Below the pieces are notes generated by a model that made no database searches, was not told the origin of the DNA, and saw only the letters and a program-made list of their open reading frames with translations. The position numbers were made by a program, and so were the translations under genes. Below, one piece after another: positions 8,940-19,192 of a DNA stretch of 64,000 nucleotides. Position 1 is the first letter of the stretch. Each line of letters opens with the position of its first letter. This DNA is from Candidatus Bathyarchaeota archaeon (GTDB lineage Archaea; Thermoproteota; Bathyarchaeia; Bathyarchaeales; Bathycorpusculaceae): the NCBI GenBank assembly GCA_963780185.1, contig CAWABA010000006.1:832001-896000 (forward strand), written 5' to 3'.

Positions 8940-11900
8940 ATGAGAGTGGGGCATCGGAGCTTGGTTAGGCAGAGAGCCACAGCTGCGGCTTTGCTTCTCA
9001 TATGCATCTTTCTCATTGAGGTTCTAGCCCCCGCGTTGAATGCGTCCGTGGCAAGCGCCAACCTCCAACCCGCGTCAAGTCTAAGCCCGAACACTTCCGC
9101 CGAGAGTGAAACCTCAAGCTTAGGCCCGATGCAGACGGGAACCGTGAAGGTTTCAATAAGTTTAGCTGCCAGAAACGCCGCTCAACTGGACAGTTTCACT
9201 TCTTCGAATAAGACGCAACAAAACGGCGTGTCCCAAGCTCTTTCTGAAGCGCAGTTTGAAGCCGATTTCTCGCCTGCTCAAGCAGACTATGACAGGGCGT
9301 TAGCTTACCTTGTGAGCCAGAATTTGACTGTTACACAGACATGGACTAACAGGCTCCTCATCGACGCGGAAGGTTCCGTTTCCGACGTTGAAAGGGCGTT
9401 TGACACCGAAATCGGCTTATTTTCGTACATGAACCAAACTTTCTACAAGAGCGTGAACCCAATCACGGTTCCCTCGGCTTTAACCGGGTGCGGGATCACT
9501 GAAATCAGCGTTGACAGTTTTCCCGTCACTTCGTACGTTAACGTTGAAAAAGGGCACATAGCCCCTGCCGCCACGTCGAACGCCCTGCTTTTCGGGAGCC
9601 CAAGTGACTTTAGAACCCTCTACGGCACAACTCAAGCAATCCAAAACGGGTGGAACGGCACTGGAACAACAATCGCGATAGTAGACGCCTACGGTGACCC
9701 AACAATCGTCAGCGACGTAAACCTTTTTGATGCAGAATACAACCTGCCCGACATAAATTTGACTGTAGTAGGAACGTCTGGGAGTGACAACCAATGGGCT
9801 TTGGAAACGGCGTTAGATGTTGAGTGGGCACATGCGATGGCACCTGGAGCTACAATCAAGCTTCAACTTTCCCAAGACGAATCCGACCCAAACATGTTTG
9901 CGGCATTGCAAAACCTCGTTGCCAGCCAGAATCCTCCGAACGTAATCTCGCTAAGCTGGGGTATATCTGAGTCTCTTAGTTTGAATAATGCTTATTCGAA
10001 TATTTTCGCCGCGGCAGCAGCTAAAGGAATCGAGGTTTATGCCTCAACGGGCGATTATGGAGCGCACAACAACAAACAACAAATCGGTTTTTCCGTGAAT
10101 TACCCAGCCTCCAACCCAAATGTAGTTGCAGTTGGAGGAACTGAAGTCTACTACAACACGGTGCAGGGAGTAAATCAAACTTACGAGAACGGGTGGAGCG
10201 GAAGCGGCGGCGGATATTCAGCCCTATTCTCAGAGCCGAATTACCAGAAAAGCGCTGGAATCCCCAACCCAACTGGGAAAAGAGAAATCCCCGATGTGTC
10301 TTTAGACGCTGGAAGCGCCTCCCCTGTAAACATCTTTGAAGGCGGGAGCGAGACTGGCGTTTATGGAACAAGCTTAGCATCGCCTTTGATGGCCGCCATC
10401 GCCGCGGTTGCCTTAAACGAAGGCTACAACCTCAACAACACCGCCTTGTACAGCATGTACAGTTCAAGCAGCTACGGTGTTGCATTCCACGACATTTACC
10501 TGAGTGGAAACAACGGTTACCCAGTCCAGCAGGGTTGGGATGCAGTCACCGGATTAGGAACAATTAACTTTCAAAACTTTGTAGCCATCTCTGGCCAATC
10601 CTCGGGCGTATCCCTTGCGGCGCAATCGTTGACCCCCTCGGTTTTGATGCCAGGGCAAAGTTTCTCTTTGAATTACACAATAAACAATCCCAACAGCGCA
10701 GTGTCTATGACGCAAATCGGGTTAGGCGCAAGCATTCGTCTCCACGGAGCAAACGCATCAATAAACGACGCCTCCAACGACATATACCTCAACGTTCAAG
10801 GCGGCTTAAGCAACCAAACCAGACAGTTCTCAACAACCGCCTCTTTGGCTCAGGGCAGCTACGACGTGAACTGGCAGGTATGGATGGGTCAACCCGGCTT
10901 CGGCAATCTTCTGTCCTCCAGCGGCTGGCAGATGAATCAGCTTCAAATAGGTTCGGTCCCCACTGCAACTGTCATGCCCGGTTCTTGGACGATGGATGTC
11001 GGACAATCTGAACTCTTCACGGCTAATCCTTCAGGCGGCTCAGGAAGCTACTCTTCTTATCAATGGTACCTCAACGGCGCCTCCCAGAACGGCGCGACTT
11101 CGCAGACGTTTAATTATCAAGCCACATCCGCGGGTTCACCAACGATTACCGTAACCGTCACGGACGCGTTAGGTTTGACCTCCACGCAATCCACCGCCCC
11201 ATCAGTCACGGTGAATTCGGCTCCCTCTGTGAATGTTTCGCCAACCCTCGGCACCATAGATGTCGGCCAACCCCAACAATTCACCGCTCACGCCACAGGC
11301 GGCTCAACTCCGCTAAACTATCAATGGTACCTTGCAGGTTCTGCTGTTCCCGGCGAAACAGGCTCAACCTACACGTACACGGCTTCATTTTCGGGTTTCC
11401 CCCAGATTTACTGTAACGTAACTGACAGCGCCTCGCACCCAGTTACAGTTCAATCGAACACTCCTTCGGTCACCGTAAACCCAGCTTTGAATACGCCTGC
11501 CGTTTTTTCTTCTGCAAGCACGATAAATCAGGGTCAATCTTCAACCCTTTCAGTAACGGATCTCACGGGCGGCACAACACCATACAGCTACCAGTGGCTG
11601 CAGAAGGCTCCCAGTTCCAACTCTTACCTTTTGATTAATGGCGCAACGTTGCCGAGCTACGCGTTCATGACTTCAAGCTCGAACGAGACGGGGGGATGGT
11701 CATTTGAAGTCCAGGTAGCAGACGCCACGGGAGCATCGGTGACATCTAACCCTGTGTCAGTGACCTTAAATTTTGCGTTGGAAGCTCTGACCGTGACTTC
11801 GACTCTTGACACGGTGAATCAGGGTCAAGCATCAACTTTGTCATCTAGCACAATAACGACAGGAACATTGCCTTACACGTACCTGTGGCTCAGCGAGTCG

Positions 11901-12716
11901 CCTGGCACTTCATCTTACACGCCCATCAACGACGCGACTGCATCAAACTACAACTTTGCAACCTCAGCTTCCACTGCCACGGGAACATGGCGCTTCATCC
12001 TTCAAATCACCGACGGCGCAGGGACACAAGTGAATTCCACCGTAACCACAGTGACTGTCAACGCGCCCACGCCAACCGCCAACCCCACTCCAACCCCAAC
12101 AATCCAATCCACACCTTCCACATCGCCCACCCAATCACCAACACCCACGCCAACACCAACCCCAAACCCAGCCGTCATATCGACCGCCACCTCAACAGCA
12201 ACAGTGACCCAAAACTCAGCGACAGTTGACCAGACCTCTGCAACAGGCGTTAATGTTACCGTCAGTGGTTCTTCGTTGCAAGAAGGCGCACGCCTGAATG
12301 TAACTTCGATCTATTACGGTGACAATGCGCCTCAAGGAACTGGCGCCGTGTCGGTCAACGGAGCAGTCTTCTACGACGTCAGAGTCACATCAAGCAGCGG
12401 AGCCTTAAGCTCAAGCGTCTCCGTGACAGTAAGTCTCACGAACCCAGATTTCACTAGCGCCAGCGTCATAAAATACTGGAACGGGAACACCTGGGTCGCA
12501 GTCGCCACCACCTTTACCGCGCCACACACAGTGTCAGGCAAATTTCCCGCATCTGCCTTGACTGGAACCCCAATTTTAGTCGGAGTTCCCAAGGCATCCA
12601 CCCCGATTTCGTTTGCCCTAATAATTATCGTTTCAGCCGTTGTTGCCGTCGTGTTAATTTTGGGTGTGGTCTTTGTCTATGTAAAGAAGCGCCCTTGGGC
12701 AAAAAATGTTTTATAA
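8940..12716 (+). CDS. S53 (sedolisin/kumamolisin) protease with prodomain, Ig-like repeats, Pro/Thr linker and C-terminal TM anchor
   Basis: ETALDVE (Glu/Asp), STGDYG, GTSLASP (Ser), GWDAVTGLG; repeated YxYQW beta-sandwich units; exact start uncertain. Confidence 0.9.
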   Translation: MRVGHRSLVRQRATAAALLLICIFLIEVLAPALNASVASANLQPASSLSPNTSAESETSSLGPMQTGTVKVSISLAARNAAQLDSFTSSNKTQQNGVSQALSEAQFEADFSPAQADYDRALAYLVSQNLTVTQTWTNRLLIDAEGSVSDVERAFDTEIGLFSYMNQTFYKSVNPITVPSALTGCGITEISVDSFPVTSYVNVEKGHIAPAATSNALLFGSPSDFRTLYGTTQAIQNGWNGTGTTIAIVDAYGDPTIVSDVNLFDAEYNLPDINLTVVGTSGSDNQWALETALDVEWAHAMAPGATIKLQLSQDESDPNMFAALQNLVASQNPPNVISLSWGISESLSLNNAYSNIFAAAAAKGIEVYASTGDYGAHNNKQQIGFSVNYPASNPNVVAVGGTEVYYNTVQGVNQTYENGWSGSGGGYSALFSEPNYQKSAGIPNPTGKREIPDVSLDAGSASPVNIFEGGSETGVYGTSLASPLMAAIAAVALNEGYNLNNTALYSMYSSSSYGVAFHDIYLSGNNGYPVQQGWDAVTGLGTINFQNFVAISGQSSGVSLAAQSLTPSVLMPGQSFSLNYTINNPNSAVSMTQIGLGASIRLHGANASINDASNDIYLNVQGGLSNQTRQFSTTASLAQGSYDVNWQVWMGQPGFGNLLSSSGWQMNQLQIGSVPTATVMPGSWTMDVGQSELFTANPSGGSGSYSSYQWYLNGASQNGATSQTFNYQATSAGSPTITVTVTDALGLTSTQSTAPSVTVNSAPSVNVSPTLGTIDVGQPQQFTAHATGGSTPLNYQWYLAGSAVPGETGSTYTYTASFSGFPQIYCNVTDSASHPVTVQSNTPSVTVNPALNTPAVFSSASTINQGQSSTLSVTDLTGGTTPYSYQWLQKAPSSNSYLLINGATLPSYAFMTSSSNETGGWSFEVQVADATGASVTSNPVSVTLNFALEALTVTSTLDTVNQGQASTLSSSTITTGTLPYTYLWLSESPGTSSYTPINDATASNYNFATSASTATGTWRFILQITDGAGTQVNSTVTTVTVNAPTPTANPTPTPTIQSTPSTSPTQSPTPTPTPTPNPAVISTATSTATVTQNSATVDQTSATGVNVTVSGSSLQEGARLNVTSIYYGDNAPQGTGAVSVNGAVFYDVRVTSSSGALSSSVSVTVSLTNPDFTSASVIKYWNGNTWVAVATTFTAPHTVSGKFPASALTGTPILVGVPKASTPISFALIIIVSAVVAVVLILGVVFVYVKKRPWAKNVL

Positions 12717-13635
12717 ACAAAGCAAACGTAGAAGGAAGCCAAAGGGAAAGAATTTGCCAAAACAATTGTTAAGCCAAAAAGGCAAAGCGGTATTTTACAC
12801 CATTTTGGCTGGCGCCCTGTGGGGCACCTCTTTCCCAATCATCAAAATCGGCTTAGCATATACTGACCCGTTTGCCTTTCTCTTCTGGCGGTTTTTAGTC
12901 GCCTCTGTTGTGCTCGTAATCGCCATGCTGTTTATGAGGAAACTTGAGTTCAAGAAAGCAGACTGGAAGCTTCTTGTTTTTCTCGGCGCTGCAAACGCCG
13001 CTGGTTACCTTCTGCAGTACGTCGGCATGAATTACACCACAGCGGCGAAGGCGGCTCTTTTCATAAACTTAAGCGCAATGTGGGTTGCGCTGCTTAGCCC
13101 GAAACTGCTGGGTGAACGTTTCTCGAGGAAAAAAATCTTCGGTGTCCTTTTCGGTTTGGTTGGGATAGTTTTTGTAAGCACAAACTTGGATTTTCAAAGT
13201 TTGATGGGCGGACAAATAGTGGGCGACGTGATGCTGGTCGTTTCAGGCTTTGCGTGGGCGGTTTTCATGGTTTACAATAAACGGCTACTTAATACCTCCA
13301 CTTCGGCAACGTTCCAGTCGATGACGTGGGTGCTTGTGTTCACGATGCTTTCGATTCTGCCGTTTTCTTTTTTGGCTGGGTCACGGTTCTTTGCTTTAAG
13401 CGGGTCTGCATGGCTCGCCGTTTTCTACACAGCTATCGTATGCTGGGTCATACCGTACTATCTTTGGCTTGAAGGACTAAAGCATCTGTCGGCGTCCACC
13501 TCAACCGTTCTGCTTCTGTCCGAAATAGTAGTTGCGGTTGCCGTTTCCATTCTGGTGTTAAAAGAACCAATAACCGTCTTCTCCACGATAGGCGCTTTCT
13601 TCATTGTAATTGCAATTGCATTGGTTTCCCGATGA
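12706..13635 (+). CDS. EamA/DMT family transporter
   Basis: LWGTSFPIIKIGL, LLGER, 10-TM duplicated pattern; true start probably slightly downstream. Confidence 0.9.
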   Translation: MFYKQSKRRRKPKGKNLPKQLLSQKGKAVFYTILAGALWGTSFPIIKIGLAYTDPFAFLFWRFLVASVVLVIAMLFMRKLEFKKADWKLLVFLGAANAAGYLLQYVGMNYTTAAKAALFINLSAMWVALLSPKLLGERFSRKKIFGVLFGLVGIVFVSTNLDFQSLMGGQIVGDVMLVVSGFAWAVFMVYNKRLLNTSTSATFQSMTWVLVFTMLSILPFSFLAGSRFFALSGSAWLAVFYTAIVCWVIPYYLWLEGLKHLSASTSTVLLLSEIVVAVAVSILVLKEPITVFSTIGAFFIVIAIALVSR

Positions 13636-13689
13636 ATTCTCGGCTTCAACGCTGAAAAAAGCAGGGCAAGCGTGTTGGAGGGTTTTGGC

Positions 13690-14265
13690 TTAAGCTTTTA
13701 TTTTTTTGATTAGCCAAGCCATGTTTTTGCCGAGGTTATCCATGGTTTTCAGGGCTTCTTCATCTTTGTCTGCGTCGCCTTTCTTGTTTGCCACTCCGAT
13801 GTTCCAGTATGAGGAACCTGGGACAATCATTTGGTTGATGAGGAAGAAGTGATTTATGGCGTCGAAAGTCGTCATGGCGCCTGCACGTCGGGCAACGGCA
13901 ACGGCGGCACCAACCTTGAACTTCAACACGTCAGGCGTCGCCCTGCAGACGAATCCTGCACGGTCGATAAGCGCCTTCATTTCAGGCGACATCATCCCAA
14001 AATACGTGGGCGAACCCAAAATCACGCCGTCAGCTTGCAGCATCTTCTGAATGTACGCGTTCACGTTGTCTGTGGTGATTGAGCAGCGTTGATTCTTAGT
14101 TTCGAAACATGCCCGGCAGGCGGTGCAGCCCTGGATTTGCTCTCCCGCAAGCTGAACCAGCTCGGTCTGGATGCCTTCCGCTTCGAGGACGCCGAGAACC
14201 CGTTTCAGAAGAATCGCGGTGTTTCCGTCTTTCCGCGCGCTACCATTGAAAGCAACAACATTCAT
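13690..14265 (-). CDS. Iron-sulfur flavoprotein (Isf) / NADPH-dependent FMN reductase family
   Basis: GSARKDGNT, CxxCxxCx7C, GSPTYFG, KALIDR. Confidence 0.9.
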   Translation of the reverse strand: MNVVAFNGSARKDGNTAILLKRVLGVLEAEGIQTELVQLAGEQIQGCTACRACFETKNQRCSITTDNVNAYIQKMLQADGVILGSPTYFGMMSPEMKALIDRAGFVCRATPDVLKFKVGAAVAVARRAGAMTTFDAINHFFLINQMIVPGSSYWNIGVANKKGDADKDEEALKTMDNLGKNMAWLIKKIKA

Positions 14266-14358
14266 TTTTTTGAAACCTCAAAGTTTATCATTGAAAGTTA
14301 AAATAAAAAAGTAGCGGCTGAGGAGTCCCCGAGCGGGTTTTCCCCGACGCTTAGGTTT

Positions 14359-14853
14359 CTAGGCTTGCTTGTAGGTTACGTGGAATGTTCCTTGTCCACC
14401 GTTGGGGAAAATAAAGAAAATCGTGTAGCTTTGCGCGTCTGCTGCTCCGGTGAATGTTTCGGTGAAGGCTGTGTTTCCCTGTATGATTTTGTGGGCGTCC
14501 TGTATGTTGCTTAGGATTCCGTAGGTGTCGCCTGCTTGGCATTTGTAGTTTGTTCCGTTGTCCCAGTAGCCTTTGTAGATGTACAGCTCCGTCCAGCCTT
14601 GCGAGCCGCCGGGCATCTGAGTGCAATTTATTGTGAGCTGCCAATCTTGATGTGTACCAACCGTGAAGGGCACATAGCAAAGCGAAATGTTGCTCTCCAA
14701 GTATCTTAGGCAACTGTTTGTTCCTTTGACGGTGAAGTCAAGTGCTTGAGGCTGATGCTGAGCCTTTGCGGGTCCGATAGACAGCAGAAAAGCGCCTGCC
14801 CCAGCACAAGCCACAACGACTACGATTGTTAAAGCCACAAATTTCCAGTTCAT
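14359..14853 (-). CDS. Secreted or N-anchored beta-rich hypothetical protein with four Cys in the mature part
   Basis: N-terminal hydrophobic segment followed by beta-strand-like sequence. Confidence 0.65.
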   Translation of the reverse strand: MNWKFVALTIVVVVACAGAGAFLLSIGPAKAQHQPQALDFTVKGTNSCLRYLESNISLCYVPFTVGTHQDWQLTINCTQMPGGSQGWTELYIYKGYWDNGTNYKCQAGDTYGILSNIQDAHKIIQGNTAFTETFTGAADAQSYTIFFIFPNGGQGTFHVTYKQA

Positions 14854-14881
14854 ATTTTTCCTCTCTTTCCAAGTTTTTGAT

Positions 14882-15916
14882 TCATTGTTTCCCTCGATAT
14901 GCTTGATTGGTAAGTTCGAGGTACGTCAAAACAAATGCCCCCACCGAAGCATTTAAGAATTTTGCATTTTCGACCTTCCCGCCCCGCCTACGCCTGATTG
15001 CAAGAACAGCAGCAGCCACCACGACAATCGCCAAGGCGACGCCTAAGGCAACCCACTCAGGGGTCACGGAAACCTTCGAGGGTGGAGAAGGCGGCTTAAC
15101 GGGGCTCTGAGTAAGCGGGTAGCGGTCATAGTCTAAAACGTCGATGACGTAGGGTGTGTCTCCTACGCCGTCGTGGTTAGCGTCGGTCCCGTTGTAGTCG
15201 CTCCAGTAGTTCCCTTCTCTGCCTTTGTCCCAGTCATGCGGCGTTTCTGACAGGTTGTATGATTTGCATTGGCAACCGCTGATTTGGATGTTGTTTTTCA
15301 AAAACGCGTTCTGATAAACCACCATATCGGGGGGGAACTGTCCCGAAGGTGAGTTGAACCCGAAGAAGAGCCCTTCGATGTTGTCTGAAACGTAGTTCCG
15401 TGTTATGGTGGAGTTTGAGCCTGACATAAGCAAGCCGACGATGCAGCCTGAAAATGCGTTCCCAACTATTGTGTTGTTTTTTGTCCAGATGTACATGCCG
15501 ATGCTAAAGTTTTCCACGTTTAAGTTCTCAACCGTGACGCCCCCGACGCTTTTGCCGCCTAAGTCAACACCTATCGTGTAGTAAGCCATCGTTGGGTCGG
15601 GTCCAGTTCCGACAACCCAGATATCCGTTGAATTACCGTTAAACGAACCCCTAAGCGTGTAGCCTGCGCCGTCCAGAACTACGTTGCTTCGCAGAACGTT
15701 GATTGCTCCGTAGATGTCGCGTGTAAAGGTGTAGGTGTCGCCGCTTCGTTGAATCGCTGCTGTGCTTGGGGAGATGGTTCCGTCTGGCTGAATAGTAATC
15801 GTCGGCAGAGTTGTTGGCGTCTGCGAAGCCGCTGGCTTAGCCAGCAAAACCGTCGAAGTAAACATTAGGAAAATAACCGCCAAAACGATTAATTTTTTCA
15901 TGTAAACCTTAGTCAT
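14882..15916 (-). CDS. NosD-like right-handed beta-helix surface protein
   Basis: Signal peptide, Asn-rich repeats, GNYWSDYNGTDANHDGVGDTPY, C-terminal TM plus basic tail. Confidence 0.85.
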   Translation of the reverse strand: MTKVYMKKLIVLAVIFLMFTSTVLLAKPAASQTPTTLPTITIQPDGTISPSTAAIQRSGDTYTFTRDIYGAINVLRSNVVLDGAGYTLRGSFNGNSTDIWVVGTGPDPTMAYYTIGVDLGGKSVGGVTVENLNVENFSIGMYIWTKNNTIVGNAFSGCIVGLLMSGSNSTITRNYVSDNIEGLFFGFNSPSGQFPPDMVVYQNAFLKNNIQISGCQCKSYNLSETPHDWDKGREGNYWSDYNGTDANHDGVGDTPYVIDVLDYDRYPLTQSPVKPPSPPSKVSVTPEWVALGVALAIVVVAAAVLAIRRRRGGKVENAKFLNASVGAFVLTYLELTNQAYRGKQ

Positions 15917-17538
15917 TCAGACTCCGCCTTAACTTCATTTCCGTCGGCTAACCAATTTCTGGATTTGCAAACGGTTTTTCCTGCAAACTTGAACTCTAAG
16001 CAGCCTTCGTATGGGCACATTTCGACGCAGCGCAGACACCAAATGCACCCAGCTGGGGCGACGTCGCCGCTTTTTCGCTCATAAACCTCCTTAACCTGGG
16101 TTGGACACACTCGTTTGCAGACACCGCATTTCTTGCATTTCTCCTCATTCTTGTTCAGCTTAACCCCTGAAACCCACTTGAAAGGTGGAAACCGATTAAA
16201 CAACGCTATCAAGCCGCCAAGCGGGCAAATTCTGCACCATGACCGCCTGAAGTAGAATGCGGCGGCGGTAACCACCCCCAAAATGATTAGGTTTATCGAT
16301 GTCAAGTAGAATCCAAGTTGCCAAAATTGGCCGCCTGTGGTTTGGGTAAGCCAACCTGGCAGCTGCAGCCCCAACGCGACGTCAGCCAGCATGCAAAACG
16401 GCTTCATCGGGCAAACCTGGCAAAACGGAGCGGAATAGTAGTTCCAGACAAAGCCGCCTTTTTGGGTTCCTGGAACAAGCTGGGCTCCTGCTATGGCTTG
16501 TGAACCGAAAAGAATGCTGATTACGATGATGGCTGCCAAGATGACGTAGCTTAACTGGTGAAGTTGCTGGTTGAATTTGTCTGAAAAGTTCCGTCTTTTA
16601 ACCCTGAAAAGTTTTCTTAGCCGAGTCATCAAATCCAAGTATAACCCGAAGGGGCACACCCACCCACAGAAGGCCCTTCCAAGAACGACGGCTGCCACGA
16701 TGACCACGCCGAAAACTATGCCCAGCCGTTCAAGCCCCGTGGAGGTGTAGTGTACGCCCCAGCCGTTGCCGACGTTGAAGAACGGGTAAAGGTACGTTTG
16801 GATTTGCCACAGGGCGCAGGTTACGGTTCTTCCGCAGGGGTAGTAGCATCCGAAGAAAGGCGCTGGAAGCCCATCAGGCATAGAAACGCCCAAAGCGTTT
16901 GTGGCGACGAGAGATTCATGCGTCGAAAGCATTTCCACAGGCAAAGACAAGTACTGATGATCCCAGAAAACGCCGAAGAAAATAAGAAACAACAACCCGA
17001 TCTGGATAAGCAGCCGAAGTGAACTGATTTTTATAGTCATTTTTTTCAGGCTATAGACGAATCCGACGACGCCTAGGATCGACAGCGCCGCTGCTGAACC
17101 CAACACCGTGTAGTTGGGGTGATACTTTAGAGGTATGACTGAGGGCGGTGCGGTTGGGTTCGGGTTTGCTGGATCCGTCACCGTGGCGAAGAGCCTGTCG
17201 CATAAGACGCCGTTGATGGCAAATATGTTCCAGTATCCAGCCACGTCAAGTTTTTGCGTAACCGAGAAATTTCCCGTTTTAGGATCCGTCACGGGTTTTA
17301 CCTCGATGTATGAGAAGTCGGGTCTCGTGAAAACCACCCTTACAGTCTTGTCTGGTCCTGGGGGACAGATTTGCCCAGTAACCGTGACGGTTTGGTTGAT
17401 GTTGATTTGGGTGGTGTTTATGTCGGCGGTTACGCATGGACCATAACAGGCGTTGGCTGGCTGAACGTAGTATACGCTAACTAGATAAACAGCGATTATA
17501 ACCGCGATAGTTACGCAGAGAACAGCACGCTGTTTGAT
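15913..17538 (-). CDS. Membrane 4Fe-4S protein (NapH/FixG/YccM family) with N-terminal extracellular domain
   Basis: GRAFCGWVCPFG, RRSWCRICPLG, two CxxCxxCxxxCP motifs; frame extends upstream of ORF-track start to a signal peptide beginning at ATC 17538. Confidence 0.85.
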   Translation of the reverse strand: MKQRAVLCVTIAVIIAVYLVSVYYVQPANACYGPCVTADINTTQININQTVTVTGQICPPGPDKTVRVVFTRPDFSYIEVKPVTDPKTGNFSVTQKLDVAGYWNIFAINGVLCDRLFATVTDPANPNPTAPPSVIPLKYHPNYTVLGSAAALSILGVVGFVYSLKKMTIKISSLRLLIQIGLLFLIFFGVFWDHQYLSLPVEMLSTHESLVATNALGVSMPDGLPAPFFGCYYPCGRTVTCALWQIQTYLYPFFNVGNGWGVHYTSTGLERLGIVFGVVIVAAVVLGRAFCGWVCPFGLYLDLMTRLRKLFRVKRRNFSDKFNQQLHQLSYVILAAIIVISILFGSQAIAGAQLVPGTQKGGFVWNYYSAPFCQVCPMKPFCMLADVALGLQLPGWLTQTTGGQFWQLGFYLTSINLIILGVVTAAAFYFRRSWCRICPLGGLIALFNRFPPFKWVSGVKLNKNEEKCKKCGVCKRVCPTQVKEVYERKSGDVAPAGCIWCLRCVEMCPYEGCLEFKFAGKTVCKSRNWLADGNEVKAESE

Positions 17539-17632
17539 GCCACCTCACCCTTCTCTCCGCATATGAGGTATATGTTGATATACCTTTTCAATTTACCGCT
17601 TGCAGGTCAAGCAGGCGCCGTTTAGGAAAACG

Positions 17633-18916
17633 CTAGTCCAGGTGGTATGCTTCTTCGCCGTGCTGGCTCATGTCTAAGCCGTCTTCTTCCTCTTTCTGGC
17701 TAACGCGCAGAGGCGAGAAGCGGTCAACGATTTTCAGCAGAACGTAGGTGCCTGCGAAAGCAAAGGCGGATACTACTCCGACGGCAAGCAACTGCACTAA
17801 CAACTGGTGTACGTTGCCGTAAATTAAGCCTGTAACGTTTGGGTCAAGTGTGGCACTTGCAAACAAGCCTATTGAAACAGCACCGATTATGCCGCCGATT
17901 CCATGGCAAGCGAAAACATCCAGTGAATCATCGATCCTTGACCGACCAGCCCGCCAGTTAGCCACCAAGTTCGAAATTACTCCTGCAGCTAACCCGATGA
18001 CTACTGCACCCCAGAAGGTAACGTAGCCTGAAGCTGCTGTAACCGCGGCCAAGCCACATACTGCGCCGACCGCGATGCCGATTGCCGAAGGCTTCCCCTT
18101 AATCGTCCAATCCATAAGCATCCAGCTTACCGCCGCCGCAGCCGCTGCCAAGTTGGTTGTAATGACCGCTGAGACGGCGATGTTGTTGGCTGCTAATGCG
18201 CTGCCTCCGTTGAATCCGAACCAGCCGAACCACAGCAGACCCGCGCCCAAAATCACATAGGGGATGTTTGTCGGCTTAAACTCCGAACCCATCGGCACCG
18301 TTTTGTTTGTGCTTTTTTGGTCGAGGGCTTTTAGTTGGTCTTTCCAGTAAACGCAGCCTTGCCGTCTGCCGAGGACGACCGCCGCAGCCAACGCTGAAAC
18401 CCCCGCGGCTATGTGCACAACTATGCCTCCCGCGAAATCCACGGCGCCAAGAACATGCAGCCACCCGCCCGGGTTCCAGATCCAGCTGGCAATCGGCGAA
18501 TAAATCAGGGTTGACCACAGAACGACAAAGATGAGGAGGGATTTGAAACGGATTCTTTCCGCGCAGGCGCCTAGAATCAGGGCAGGTGTGATTGCTGCGA
18601 ATTTAAGTTGGAACGCGAAGAACAGGATTTCTGGGATGGCTGGCGCGGAAGGGTAAACGCTGGATAGGGTTATGTTGTTTAATCCGAGTTTGGATAGGTT
18701 GCCTATGACTCCGCCGACGCTTGGCCCGTAGACGAGGCTGTAGCCCCAGAAGAACCAGACGAGGCTTACTACGGCAAAGATTATCATGCATTGCACGAGG
18801 GTGGAGACAAGGTTTTTTCTTCGGACTAAGCCGCCGTAGAAGAAAGCCAAGGCTGGAGTCATCAGCATTACAAGAGCTGTTGACATTAACACCCATGCTA
18901 TGTCTGCTGCTCCCAC
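17633..18916 (-). CDS. amt: Ammonium transporter Amt, copy 1
   Basis: DFAGGIVVH, LLWFGWFGFNGGS, IDDSLDVFACHG, GLDMSQHGE; GTG 18916 follows GAGGGG. Confidence 0.95.
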   Translation of the reverse strand: MGAADIAWVLMSTALVMLMTPALAFFYGGLVRRKNLVSTLVQCMIIFAVVSLVWFFWGYSLVYGPSVGGVIGNLSKLGLNNITLSSVYPSAPAIPEILFFAFQLKFAAITPALILGACAERIRFKSLLIFVVLWSTLIYSPIASWIWNPGGWLHVLGAVDFAGGIVVHIAAGVSALAAAVVLGRRQGCVYWKDQLKALDQKSTNKTVPMGSEFKPTNIPYVILGAGLLWFGWFGFNGGSALAANNIAVSAVITTNLAAAAAAVSWMLMDWTIKGKPSAIGIAVGAVCGLAAVTAASGYVTFWGAVVIGLAAGVISNLVANWRAGRSRIDDSLDVFACHGIGGIIGAVSIGLFASATLDPNVTGLIYGNVHQLLVQLLAVGVVSAFAFAGTYVLLKIVDRFSPLRVSQKEEEDGLDMSQHGEEAYHLD

Positions 18917-19192
18917 ATTTGTCCCCTCGACAGCACCGCTACAGGTTATTTGTTCATCCATTTCAGCAAACAAATATTTAAACTATACATTCGCATCGAT
19001 TATCAGCTTAAATATAGATAAATGTCCAATCAAGCGCTCACAAACACGATATTCATAAAACAGTCAAACAAAAAAAGCCGAATAAACATGAAATTGTCCA
19101 AAATAAACCATGTAAAATCGAAAATTGTCAAACAACCTCAAAACTGGAAAAACTGTTTAGAACAAAAAAAGAAAAAGCGGCTAAGCTTTCGC

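Noticed and set aside
12060-12180. CCAAC-type short repeats
   Set aside because: Encode the Pro/Thr linker of the S53 protease; not an array
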